DNA of 63,224 nt, the filler included, from Craspedostauros australis (Eukaryota): NCBI GenBank assembly GCA_030167865.1. It is 5 parts of 5 records of this genome, joined end to end, with 100 filler letters (N's around TTAATTAATTAA, not from the genome) between each part and the next. Parts side by side here need not be neighbours in the genome. Positions count along the whole stretch, not along the records: positions 2,572 to 28,121 come from JALAGF010005719.1; 4 more parts are not named here. One strand, 5' to 3'. Both the position numbers and the translations under genes were made by a program. The notes under the pieces were generated by a model. The model was not told the DNA's origin, did no database searches, and saw nothing but the letters and a program-made list of their open reading frames with translations. Each line of letters begins with the position of its first letter. The first letter of the stretch is position 1. This document shows, one piece after another, positions 13,583-25,770 of the stretch.

Positions 13583-14099
13583 ATGTGCTCTGCTACAAGC
13601 CCATTGCCTCGCCCACCAACTGACTGAACGACCAACCCACTGATGAATGAATGGATGGAGGAAGAACTGATCGTGAGGACAGCGCAATTGCAATACAACT
13701 CCTCCGGCTGCCTCCATCGTCAACCAGATCGTGCATCGCTGGCTCGATTCATCTGCCGCACCGACAAATGAACTGACCAACACGCAGCAGCAACGACAAA
13801 CAAACAACCACCACTCCCTGAACATACCCCCGGCGCATCAGCAGCAGCATCGCAAGGTGCTGTTGATCACCGCCTTCTTTTGTGTTTGCACACATTTCCA
13901 TCGTGAGAAATATGCATTCACGTTTACATGCCCGACCAATTGATACCCATGCTAATTCGCAGCGTTGGTGATCGATTGCGCAGTGCCACCACACGCATCA
14001 TCGAACGAACCACTACGACAAGTAAGATAGTCCCATAGACGACGCACTGCAAAGTTGCAGCATTTCAAACAAAACAACAGCAATGACCTTGTCTTACTT

Positions 14100-15670
14100 A
14101 CACCAGTTTCCGGCGATGTGCATCTGTAGATGTAGTGGAGACTGTTATTACCTCCCATCACAGATAGATGCGTTGCCATCCACTATTGTTGCAAAACTGG
14201 ATGCTTTGTACCCATGTCACATGCTCGGAAGAAATCGGTGCAATATCTTCAACTGCATCGCGCATCATCTCTTCATCGTTGATGCATCATCAGGAACGGA
14301 GGTTGCGCTTTGCTTCATTGTTGTTTCCTTTGTCATCTTCATGGTCTGTATCACCCCGTGGACGTTTGACGCCTCCAGCCCCGTCGCCAACAGTGTCCGC
14401 GGATTTGGTGACTCAATCGCCACCATAATAATCGTGGTGCTCAAGATGTTCCCCGGCCTTACGGACTTCGCTGCGGCGATCTTCTATCGATTCGGTCAGG
14501 TCAGTTCAGATCAGGTCGGTGAGGATACTTGTGTCAGGACGACCAACTGCAAATGGAATGTGCGGAAATGGGTTTCCGTGATTCCACACAATGTTCTCCT
14601 CTCAACCAGCAACAACGTGAGGTCGATATCTTCCGAAGAGACGGTCAAGCTGCTCATTGCTCACTCTCTCCCTGCTTCCTTCCATCTTTGTGACATTGAC
14701 CCTGCCGCCGGAGTAGTCTTTTGGCTTGGATGCAAATGGTGTGCCGCTCAGTCCTACCAGCTCCAGCCCCGCCGGGAAACTTTCTTTGCCCAACGAAGGT
14801 GACGTACCCATCTGCCAGATGGCTGGCGCCTTCAGCAACCCCCATGATGGGCATGTTGACGTGATTTTCATCTCTGTTCTTCCTCAGTTGCTTGGGGGCA
14901 AGTGAGTGACCATGGTCCAGTTGCAGCATGACGCAATCAATTTTTGCCGTTTTGGAAGGCTCGATATCCACCAGGGTCTACACCGTTCAAATACTCTACT
15001 TCAGTCTGACCTTCACCATACGTCATGGTGGTTGCAACATCGTACCACAGATGCGTTGGATGTTCGGTGCTGTCATCTTGCGTAGATTCATCATGCTAGT
15101 GTGAAAGAACACGTTGGTCGCCCCCTCTTCGAAGCGTGAAGCCACTGGGCACACACCTTCCAAGTCTCTCAATGCATCCCCAACAATGTTACCCACAACA
15201 CGTGGGGTGGTATCACCGGCCTGCTGGATGTATTCGTACGTGTGTGTGTGTGTGTCCACGCCATCCTGTGCTGCGCTGCAGAGTTGAAGACCAATACCCA
15301 ACTTCAGAAGGGTGGTCATGACGTCAACTCGTTTGGGTTCTGGAGATGCACCACCTTGGTTGTTGCCATTCGTGGGTGGGTGTTGAATGAACCCTTCTGC
15401 AGTTATCGCCACAACTGATGAATCAGCGATGGCAGCTCCAACCATCAGCGGGGATGCTTGAGGCGTGGACGCTGGACGTTGGATGCGTCGTCGTCCCCCA
15501 TTTCCTCCAGAAGCATCGTCGGAATGCTGTCCAACTTTCTCGCTTAGCAGTTCTTGATATCGTCATTCCTGCCACCACTGCGGGTCTTCTCCGCTGCGTC
15601 GCCCTTCGAGACGACTGCCTACTCGGAGACGCATACGTTCGTACGGATACTGAGCGAAGACCAACATGAC
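14100..15670 (-). pseudogene. Possible degraded gene of unknown family between the two Lhc paralogues
   Basis: Successive protein-like fragments on the minus strand (e.g. 15023-15445, 14654-14971, and GAGGVKRPRGDTDHEDD near 14350) are broken by stops and frame changes. No domain recognised. Confidence 0.3.
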
Positions 15671-16341
15671 GACGGTCTTTCTCTCTCTGTCTCTCTTGGG
15701 TAACACCCTTGATGTTGCTCTATGTTGCTTGATGCCGAGTGCGCTTTGTGTGTGCTGTGTGTGATGTGCGGGATGCGTGTGATGCGTGTGTTCTTGTTTT
15801 TGCTGAAAGGAGAACTTCACGATCGTGGATGATTTCAGAAGCGATCGTTTTAGTCGATGCACGTGGCGAACCGGCGAACTGGCGAACAAAAGTGTTCGGA
15901 ATCATCATGGTCGGTGCGTGCGCCTCACAAATTGGGACACGTCGGGTTGTGGGCAACACGCGCATCGACAAACATGCTCACGAGCATCACGCGGTTGAAG
16001 GAAATCAAAAAGGTATCATTTCTGGACTCCAAAACGTGAAAGCGCCGACACGTATCCGTCCACATTAATCTTCCGTCTCCGTGGCAGAGGATTCTGGCAA
16101 GTGCAACAAGGGGTATGTGGGTGTGTGGTATAACCATGGCATACGATGGCATACCATGGCATGGCGCGTTTGTTGTTGGAGCCAAGACGATACGCACTCG
16201 GTTTTCCTTCGCCCAAGGACGAAATGTCGTGACCAATTCAACTCACAATTTCACAACAACTTGCGCTTCATCAGCAACAAGCACATCAGCAAGTACAGCA
16301 GTCCGACAACAACCAAAGCTTCTGCACTCCATTCATCCACA

Positions 16342-17280
16342 ATGAAGACCGCCATCCTCACATCCCTCATCGGCGCCGCCGCCGCCTTCGCACCAGCATC
16401 CAAGTCAGCACGCGCTTCCGTTGCGGTGCAGGAGAGCAAGGCCGATCTTGAGGTCCTTGCAAAGAAACTCAACCCGGTCGTTGGATACTTCGATCCATGG
16501 GAGTTGGGTGATGCTGAAATCTATGACTACAGCAACGAGGAGACGATTGGCTTCTTGCGTCATGCGGAGATCAAGTGAGTGAATTGCATTCCTGCCGCCC
16601 TGTTCATTACGTGCCCTCTTGCGTTCCGCCCGATTTCTTCGCTCGACTCGACTCCAGCCGAAAACAAGTCAAGGTGCTATTCATGAAATGCTGATGGCTC
16701 ACTTACCCGTTGTCGCCATTGTTTTCATTGTCAATTCATCGAATAATTTATCAAACAAACCAAAACTAAACCACACAGGCATGGACGCGTCGCCATGGCC
16801 GGCTTCGTCGGTTACATCGCCCATGCCAATGGAATCAAGTTCCCATGGGCCATGGAGATGGACGGAACCCAGTTCCCATCCGAGACTAGCCCACCGGCGT
16901 TGTGGGATTCCCTCAGCCCGGTCGCCAGGGTGCAGATCATCTTCTTCATCGGATTCCTCGAAGTGTGGAGTGAGATCCCGTCAGAAAACCACAAGCACTA
17001 CATGAAGGGTGGCAAGCCGGGCGCCTTCCCCGACTTTCGATTCGGTGACGATGCCATCCCGCACCCAGTTCCATTCAATCTCTACGATCCATTCCGATTC
17101 AACAAGAACATGAAGGACGATGTCAAAGAGCGTCGTCTTCTCGCAGAAATCAACAACGGACGCCTTGCCATGATCGGTCTCCTCGGTTTCCTCGCAGAGC
17201 AAGCAGTCCCAGGATCCGTCCCACTCCTCAAGGGCCTGGTTCCCGCCTACGACGGTGAGGTCATGGCACCATTCGCCTAG
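16342..17280 (+). CDS. Fucoxanthin-chlorophyll a/c binding protein, tandem paralogue of 12268-13582; exons 16342-16574 and 16779-17280
   Basis: MKTAILTSLIGAAAAFAP; FLRHAEIK|HGRVAMAGFVGY with the intron (16575-16778, GTGAGT...CAG) at the identical codon position; AEINNGRLAMIG. Confidence 0.95.
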
Positions 17281-17942
17281 GGCGGAGAAAGAATCGCGTG
17301 GTTCGTTCATCGCTTCACGGGATGAGACGACGGCAGTCAATCCATCATGGCTCATCATGAACCATGATGGCAGATCAATTCAATGCCTTCCTTGGTTGTG
17401 GAAGACAGTGCGTTCTTGCATTGGAAAACATACACACCTAAAAACGAGTTGATCAACACAATCCCGCTTTCATCTGCGGTCTTTGATATTTGTTGGCCCC
17501 CCGCTACTGTTAGTAGCAACGAGTGCTCTCTACAGTAGAGCGGAATCGAGCGTTGTGTGGCTGATGGTGCTGCATGCGGTTGATTCATCACGGTTTCGCG
17601 ATGGGTGGATGCTAGCGCCAACGAATGCTGACAGCAACATCGTGGTTTGTTCGCGCCGTAGAATAGCAGCATGTACAAGTTGACGCTTGACTCGTACGAC
17701 GATTTGGAGCGAAATCGTCAGACAAGCCACGATCAAGCGGCCTCTCGATGGATGCGAGCCATACGTACGTAATCGGAGCCGGTGGCACATCTCCAGGTTT
17801 TCCAAAGCTCCCCGGCGAGGACACCCAGAGTCCACTGAGGTCGTTCATCGTTGCACTGAAGCTTCATCTTGGAAATCGCTGTACTCTGCGGCCTATTCCA
17901 CGATTGTATCCCACCACAAGATTTGATAATGGGCACCTATCC

Positions 17943-20127
17943 TTAACTCGAATCACTATCGCTACCACTATCATCGCTGCCCGAATCGCTGTCGTCATCA
18001 TCTTGCTGAGGCATCATATCCTGATCCATTTCCGTCGCCTCCGTTTCGTCTTCGGCCGCAATGTCCTCCGGCCTTCGCAGCTGCACGATGCCAAATCGAT
18101 TTCTGCCATTTGATGCTCGGTTCCAACGTCCCATGCGGTGCTCTTGTCCAGTGGCCACGACGCAGAATCTGGCCTTGGGTCCGACGGCTACGCTGTTGAC
18201 ATAGCCGTTGATTGGGATCGTCTGCTCCAGCGGCTGCAGGTCACGGGTGCTGAGCGTGCTTCCGGTGGAGACCTGCGAGAAATGGAGAAGCAAAGCGCAA
18301 AGTTGGAGTGCATTTGCAATGACGGTGAGTGGACTGTTACTCTGAATCGATGAACACGTTCGGGTACACTAACAAGCGAACCTCACGCATTCGAGCATCT
18401 ATCACATCCCTCTTTGCATTGCCAATTTCAATAGCACCGACAGCACCAAGAGCAACAACAATGGCAATGATAACTGAAGCAGCATCACGCACCTTCCAGA
18501 ATCTCAAGAATCCGTCATTCGAACCAGTGACCGCCAAGTCCCCGCCCTTCATGCAGCCGATGGAGACGATACCTCGTCCGATGTTGAGAGAAGGATCCTG
18601 GATGCCGTGCGCAAAGGGTATGGACTTGATGGCCTTCTTCTTCTCAGTGTACCACAATCCCAACGTTCCATCTTCATGCCCCGTGAGGTAGAAATCATCC
18701 TTGAGGGTGGTGATGCAATCCGCAGAGGCGATCTTGGCGCCGCCACGAAAGATGAGATGCGTGTCCTCCGCGAGCTTCCATCCGCGGGCCGTACGATCCC
18801 GGCCCACTGATATGGGACGCTCCTTGCGGTGACAGTCAATGCCAGTGATGCCGAACTGATGGCCGTACAGCGTCTCCAGGTATATCATTTCATTGAGATT
18901 GTAGTGACTGACATTTGCCGATGGCCAATATGGTGTTGATAGAATGCATCCATTCATCCATTCACGCATGGACACGTGCGATTTGTGCAGTGTCATCGTG
19001 ATGCATGGTATTGATTGCATGTTGAAGTTGTGCATATCCACAGAATACATGATTGGATGTTTCGTGAAGCGAAGTAACGATGAGCAAAGTAGTCATGACG
19101 CGAATTTTTCATTGATGACGACACACAGGGCTGTGATGCAACAACCCTCCACCTTTACGTCCATCGTTGTGCCCGAACATTGATGGATGCGTGGATCCAT
19201 TTGTGATTACACCCCACTGCTCACGAATATTGCATCCTGGACACTGCCGATTGCACACACTCACCGTAAACATCGATCTTCACTGCCCGAAAAGAGCTGC
19301 AATGAATTGGTTCGGAAGGCCAATGCTGTGATGGCACCCTTGTGCCCCCGGAAGGTCTTGACTATGTCCCTAGCAGAAGAGCGAACATCATAAATGGTGA
19401 CCTCGGCATTCTTGCGTCCGCAGGCAACAAACCGGCCATCATCGGAATAGGCCAGCGACAGCACCTCTCCGAGATTGCGATCCAATTGGGACTCCTTGTC
19501 TCGTTTCCATGATTTGGACAAGTAGGACAGCTTCTTGGACGTCTCCACGTCCCACAGAATGACGGAATGATCCTTGCTGCCGGACACAGCGCGTTCCCCG
19601 TTAGCTTGCAGGGCGACGCTCGTCGCCGTGAGGTCGTGACCGCGAAATAGTTGAACGTAGTCGGTCTGCGCATCCGCCTGCTGGGCATTTGCGTTCATGG
19701 TGCGGATGGATCGCTCCACCTTGTCCGCGACGGGACGCTCGTACGCTCCTTCGCGTTGCAGACGCTGCTTCTGCAATCGGTATCCCACGCGATCATGCTG
19801 CTTCATGGCGGCCGCCACCTCATCATCCTCGTCGTCGTTGTCGCCGTCACTATCATCGCTGTCATCGTCATCGTCATCCGAATCGGAAGCATCTTGGATG
19901 CGTTGAAGGTACTGCTTGGCCATGCGGACCTTCTTGGCATCCAGCGTCTCCTCCTCTTCGAGGCTGTCGCTGTCGCTGCTGCGCTCATCCTCGCTGGCCG
20001 AATCAATGTGCTCATCGTCGTCATCGTCGTCCCTGCCGTTGTATCCCAGGTCCACAGTCCTGCTGCGTTTGTTGGAAGGACCGCCAGACGCGGAGACGCC
20101 GTTGGCCTTCCTTCGAAAGCGGGACAT
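17943..20127 (-). CDS. RRP9: U3 snoRNP-associated WD40 protein (Rrp9/U3-55K); exons 20127-19265, 18907-18493, 18272-17943
   Basis: Acidic N-terminus with ETLDAKKVRMAKQYL; WD40 repeats (SGSKDHSVILWD, FRGHKGAITALAF, YLETLYGHQ, GRDRTARGWK); C-terminal GQEHRMGRW signature. Both GT-AG introns splice in frame. Confidence 0.9.
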
Positions 20128-21037
20128 GGTCCTTGAGCGTAAGTTTGAGCGTAAATGTGGGTTTCAGTGTGGGCGTTGGCGTGCGCGCGACCCTGGTTCG
20201 GAAGGCAACGATGTGCAGGTGGATCAAATGTCTTGAATCTCTGGAGAGAGAGAGAGCGAGAGAGCGAAAGCGATGGTGACAGATGGACACGGAAGTAGAG
20301 CAGGCCGAAGATGGCGATGTGTTGTGATGTAACGAAGATGCAGTGCCTCCGACACAATAGAATGGTCGATGATGCCAACTGATGTGTTGGTCGTTGGTTG
20401 TGGTTGTTGCGGAGGAATCATGAAGCAGAAATTGTTGGTTTCGCAGCTGAAGCGGTTCGCGCGTCTGTACGTTATTCGTGATCTGGAGGTGACGGGATTC
20501 ACGAAATCCTGTTGAAGAAAAAGTCCACGTTTGACGAGAACAGCACACGTTTCATCACGCTCCAGAACATTGATTGGATTACTTCGACCATTCGAGAAAA
20601 GGAAGCGAACAAGCTCGGCGATTTTTATTGGACCAGCGCACTTGAGGCCATCTTTCGAGAAAAGCAGAACTCTCGTGTCGGCCAGCACAGCACACGAAAG
20701 ACACGATCAAGCGAAAAGAAGCGGATGTTCAACCACGTTGCTGGTCCTGCGTTGGTGGGTTGTTCGTTGCTCGCTGCTTGTGTTGGTGTCACAAAACCAG
20801 ACGCCAATTTGCAGATCAGATCAGGCTTGTTGTTGTTGATTGTGTTCATTGCTGCCGACAACCCAAGGACCGTATCCAATCCAACTTCGCACCAAGGATC
20901 CTTGCGGTATCGTACTTTCTCATTATATTCTATTACAAGCAATCGCACAGCGCAACTGGAACCAACAGCGCAAGAGAAGCACGTCGATTACGTGGAACAA
21001 GAGGGAAGCGCACTTGGAAGCGAGACCAGCTCAGAAA

Positions 21038-24000
21038 ATGATGATGACGCCAACAAGCATGAGGGGGAGGTTGAGAGTGAGGTGGAGACCACGTCCAAGA
21101 CCGACGCTTGCGTCGCGACGGACTTTCCAGCTGGCCTCCGTTGCCTTGATGATCCTAAGCTATGGGAATCATGACAAACCATCTGGCAACCTCTCTGATG
21201 TTGTTGGCATTGCTTTCGTCGCAGCATTTCCGCTCTCATCTTCAACAAGAATTCACAGCCAAAGCCGCTCAGCTTTTGTTTCAACCAGAGAAACTCAGCC
21301 TGCGCTGTTCATGCACAATGATGAGCATGACCATGCGCATGCGCATGAGGATGAAGATGAAAATCATCACCGGCAGCAACAGCAGCAACCGCAACAGCAA
21401 CAACCCGAGGAGGATACGAATTTGCGACCGAGCAAACGAAGACATGAACAATGGCTCGCAGAAACGACAGCCAGTCTCATTGATCTGACGGACGAAGAAC
21501 TCAACACCAATGGAAAGCACCATCAGCTGATTTCCATGTTCAGCGCGTGGGAAAAGATGAAGCGATTCAATCCAAAATCGCCGCTGCAGATGGAACGCAT
21601 TCTGCAAAGGCTCATCCGGGTGGGCCAGCCAGTCACCATCACCCTCTACAACCAGCTCCTCGACACGTGGGCATGTGCTGCGCATTTCAGAACGCATGAT
21701 CCAATGGCAGCATCGCAACGTGCGCGTGAGATCCTTGTCATGTTGCAGCAAACATACGAGCAACAGCGGCAGCACCTCGCCCAAACTGAATACGATGAAT
21801 CAGCGCAGGATGCTCGTTGTGACAAGTCATTCATCCTGCAACCCAACGCCAAGTCGTTCGACTGTGTCTTCCATGTTGTCAACAAGGTGGAGGGCATCGC
21901 CATGGCACGCAGAGTGCTCCATTGGATGGAGTACCTCGATCGTGTTGACAGGAACGATCATGCCAAACCCAAGCTCAAGCATTACATCCTGCTGCTCAAT
22001 GGCATCGCCAAGGGAAAGCACAACACTGGCAAGTCCGCGGAGGGTCTGCTCAGGCACATGGAGGTCTTCGGTGTTCAGCCGGACACCCTGTGCTACAACC
22101 TCGCCATCAAGGCATGGACGAAGAACAGCGGCAGCAGCAACAATATCGGTAGGCAGAGCGGTCGTCAGGCAGCGGAGCAGGTCGACATGATACTCGATAC
22201 CATGGCGGCGCCCAAGGACATCATCACCTACTCCTCCGCCATTTCGGCCTGGGCCACCTCAGGCATGCAGGCGCATGCCGTCTCGCGCGTGGAGGAGATC
22301 CTGCGTCGCATCGAGCAGGATCCGAACGTTCAGCCCAACACTATCGTCCTCAATTCGGTCATGTCGGCGTGGGTCAAGTCCAAAAACCCGGGTGCCATCC
22401 AACGCACCGAGGAGCTCCTCCTCCACATGGTTCAAAATGAGCAGAACGCGCCATCGCAACGCAAACGTCACCAAAGACACCAAAACAGCCAACAACAACA
22501 CAATCATCATCATCAGCATCAGCATCAGCAGCAGCACAAGTCGCGACAACAATCGAACCCGCGGAAGCAACCGCGACGCAACGGGTACAGGAGTGACAAG
22601 TCCAGCCAGGATCATGAAACGCTTGCGGTGCCCGATCTAATATCCTACAACACCCACCTGCACGCTCTCAATTTACATGCCCACACGATCCCTGACGCTG
22701 CGGAACGTGCCCATCGTATCTTGCGTGCCATGGAACAACGGCACACCAAAGAGCGCACGCTGCGTTTCGGTCCCAACCGCTTTTCCTACAATCTCGTCAT
22801 CGATGCGTACGCCAAGCAATCGTCATGGAAGGCGGTGCAAGTTCTGCGAGATCTCATTCGTCATGACACTCTGCAACCGGACACATCGTCATTCAACCAT
22901 GCATTCTCTGCCCTGTCCACCTCCATGCAGCCGGGATCAGCTCAACTCGCGGAGCAGCTCTTGGAATACATGGAGAACGCATACGAAGGCGGCGTCCATC
23001 CAAAGGCACGTCCAGATCCCCTCACCTACATCTCCATCATCACGGCCTGGAAGAACTCGGATGACGAGAATGCGGCGGAGCAAGCTCACGCCATGCTGCA
23101 GCGCATGAAGGCACCCAGTCGCAACGCCTACAACTGTGTCATCGAGTGTTGGTCCAACGGACGTGGCACGTACGGTGCCAGACAAGCCGAGGCCCTATTG
23201 CAGGACATGGAGGAGAGTGGGATATCACCAAACAGCTCCACCTACAATGCCATCCTCAAGTGCTGGGCCAACAGCGGCACTCTATGCTGTGGTAACAAGG
23301 CGGAGATCTACCTCGATCGCATGTGGGAGCTGTATCGCTCCGGGCAAAACCACATTCGCCCCAACGTCATCACGTACAACACGGTAAGTTCAAGTAACCT
23401 GGAGTACTTCGCGATCACAACAATCGTGCTTGCGGTTGTGGTTATCGCAGTGCCCCACAAAACAGGCACATACGTTCCTCGCAATTCAACTCACAACCAA
23501 GGTGATACCATTCACCCACTTCACTCTCACTGCCACCATTTCACATCATAGGTCATCAAGGCCATCTCGCAAAGCAAGAGTGAGGCGAAGCCACAGAAAG
23601 CCTTGAGGTTGCTGCGCCGTATGGACAAGCTGTACCAAGGCGGGTACAAGGAGGCACGCCCAGATCAGGCCACCTTCACCTCCGTCTTGCGAAGTTGCGC
23701 ATTCCCGCCGGACCAGGACAAGAGGATCCGTCGCAAGGCGCTGGACACCGCCATGTTCACGATGGAGGAACTTCGGTCGTCTCGGTACGGAGCACCAACC
23801 CACATCACGTACGGCACATTCCTGAAAACCGCGAGATCTCTATTGGATGACGACGAAACGACACGACGCCATGTCATCAGGAAGACATTCCAGCAAGCCT
23901 GCAAGGACGGCCAGGTCGGTGAGATGATGCTCGCGCAGCTGGGCGATGCGGCGCCGGAAGATCTCTACCAAGAACTCCTGGCAGAAGTTGACGCTGATGT

Positions 24001-24124
24001 TGGCATTGAAAAGGGTGCGGTCAAGGTGGAGGATTTGCCATGGGCATGGCGCAAGAATCTGCGCACGCACACCAAGGAGGCCGATGTCTTTGCGACGCGA
24101 CGCAGGGCAAGAGGCGAGAACTGA
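21038..24124 (+). CDS. Pentatricopeptide repeat (PPR) protein, possibly plastid-targeted; exons ~21038-23383 and 23552-24124
   Basis: Repeated PPR motifs (PDTLCYNLAIKAW, DIITYSSAISAWA, PNTIVLNSVMSAW, PNRFSYNLVIDAY, PNSSTYNAILKCW). The GTAAGT...TAG intron 23384-23551 is in frame with the downstream ORF. A VAAFP motif lies near the N-terminus. Start codon uncertain. Confidence 0.88.
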
Positions 24125-25770
24125 GATTGCGTCTGCTCTCGCGGCCCAATGCGTTGTTGCAATTGTTTGGTGGCATCCACCTTGTTCATCACCGAGGCAA
24201 CGATACACCAACAACGCCGATCCTCCCGTGCTGAATATACTACTTCTACCACAGCTACCAATACCATGTACGATACTGTAACAATAGATCAAACGCACAT
24301 AAATGGTCCATACAATACGGTGGAGGTGGTGCAAGGGTCATAATTTCAGAACGAGTTCTGCGCAAATTTCGTGTAGTCTGTAGTCCCACAGGATCCAATT
24401 GCTTTGAGTCCATTTTGTCGATGAATCACAGGACTCGTCATCGTGACTTGAGATCGGGGTGGTCATGTGCAATGACTCCTACGCTTCACCGGTGTAGTGG
24501 ACACGTACGTGAGCATGTGTCAGCAACAGAATTCTTTCAGAGCAGGAGAGAACACACAATTTTGAGGACCACAGCTGGAAGCAGCACCAGCAACAACAAT
24601 AGAAGCCACTAATGCTAGATAGGATTGTCTTCTGTGTGTCTTGAGGTCTCTCCTTTGCAGCACCTACCAACTTGCAAGCGTCTGAATTCATTCTGTGTTC
24701 TTGTCCTCTTGCGTTTTGTGTGGTTGAAGATAGATTTCAGAATGATTCAGACGACTCACTCAGAACAAATGAATCGGAGAACCGAGTTTGGAGAACACCC
24801 ACGCGAAACGTGTCTCGAATTCCATGTGACGAAAGTGGAGTGGACGAGACACGATGGTGGTGATGGATCTTGCCTCAGACAAGGCACACAAAACCCCACC
24901 CTCTCTCGCTCTTGCTCTCTCATTCTCTCTCTTTGGAGTAGAGGCAACAACTCCAGCGAGTTCATCATCAAACAATGCTTGCCATGAAGCCGTGCATTCC
25001 GAAATCCACGCTGCCGAAAATGGACCAGAGCAACCACCACCAAGGGGGAAGGCAAAGACATCCACAGAAAAAGAGATAGTGCAGCAAAGCCTGAGTGTTC
25101 TGCGAGTCTACTCCGTGTGGTTGGCGCTGCACAAAGACGCACAAACGCATTCAAACAGAAATGAAGTCGAGGAGACCAAGAACAACAAGCCGTTGGTGTG
25201 AACGTGCCTGCCAATCATTCTCTCGAGACTTTCCTCGCTCCGCACTCGCAGACTCATCCAAGAGAGCACAGCCATTGTCATCATAATTATCATCACAATC
25301 ACAATCACAATCATCATCAACAACATCGACGTCGACATACCCACAACACTCAACATTCAACCATCAGAACCAGCCACGCCTTCGCTAGACCCCATAGTCC
25401 CCGTATTGGTTATTGGTTGGCTGAGGAGTCCTCGTGGAGCAGTGAAGAAAGCACACACACGCATACACAGCCTCATACACACCGATTCATCGCAGGTAGC
25501 GAACAGGGCTGCTGCCACTGCACAACACGATAGCATACAACAGCACACGGTCTGAAGAGATTCGAAGGCATCCGAAGAAATCAAAGCTGAACGGAACCTG
25601 ACTGGAGTCCTCACGAAGGCAGAACAACACAAGACAAGGTGAGCAGAATCAAACATTGTTGTTGCTATTGATAGCATCAACACTCATAACAACACCAGAA
25701 CTCCACGGTTTCTTGTTGCTGTCGCCCTTTCGCCTCCAATCACTTCCGCCGAACGACTGTCAACAGCAAG

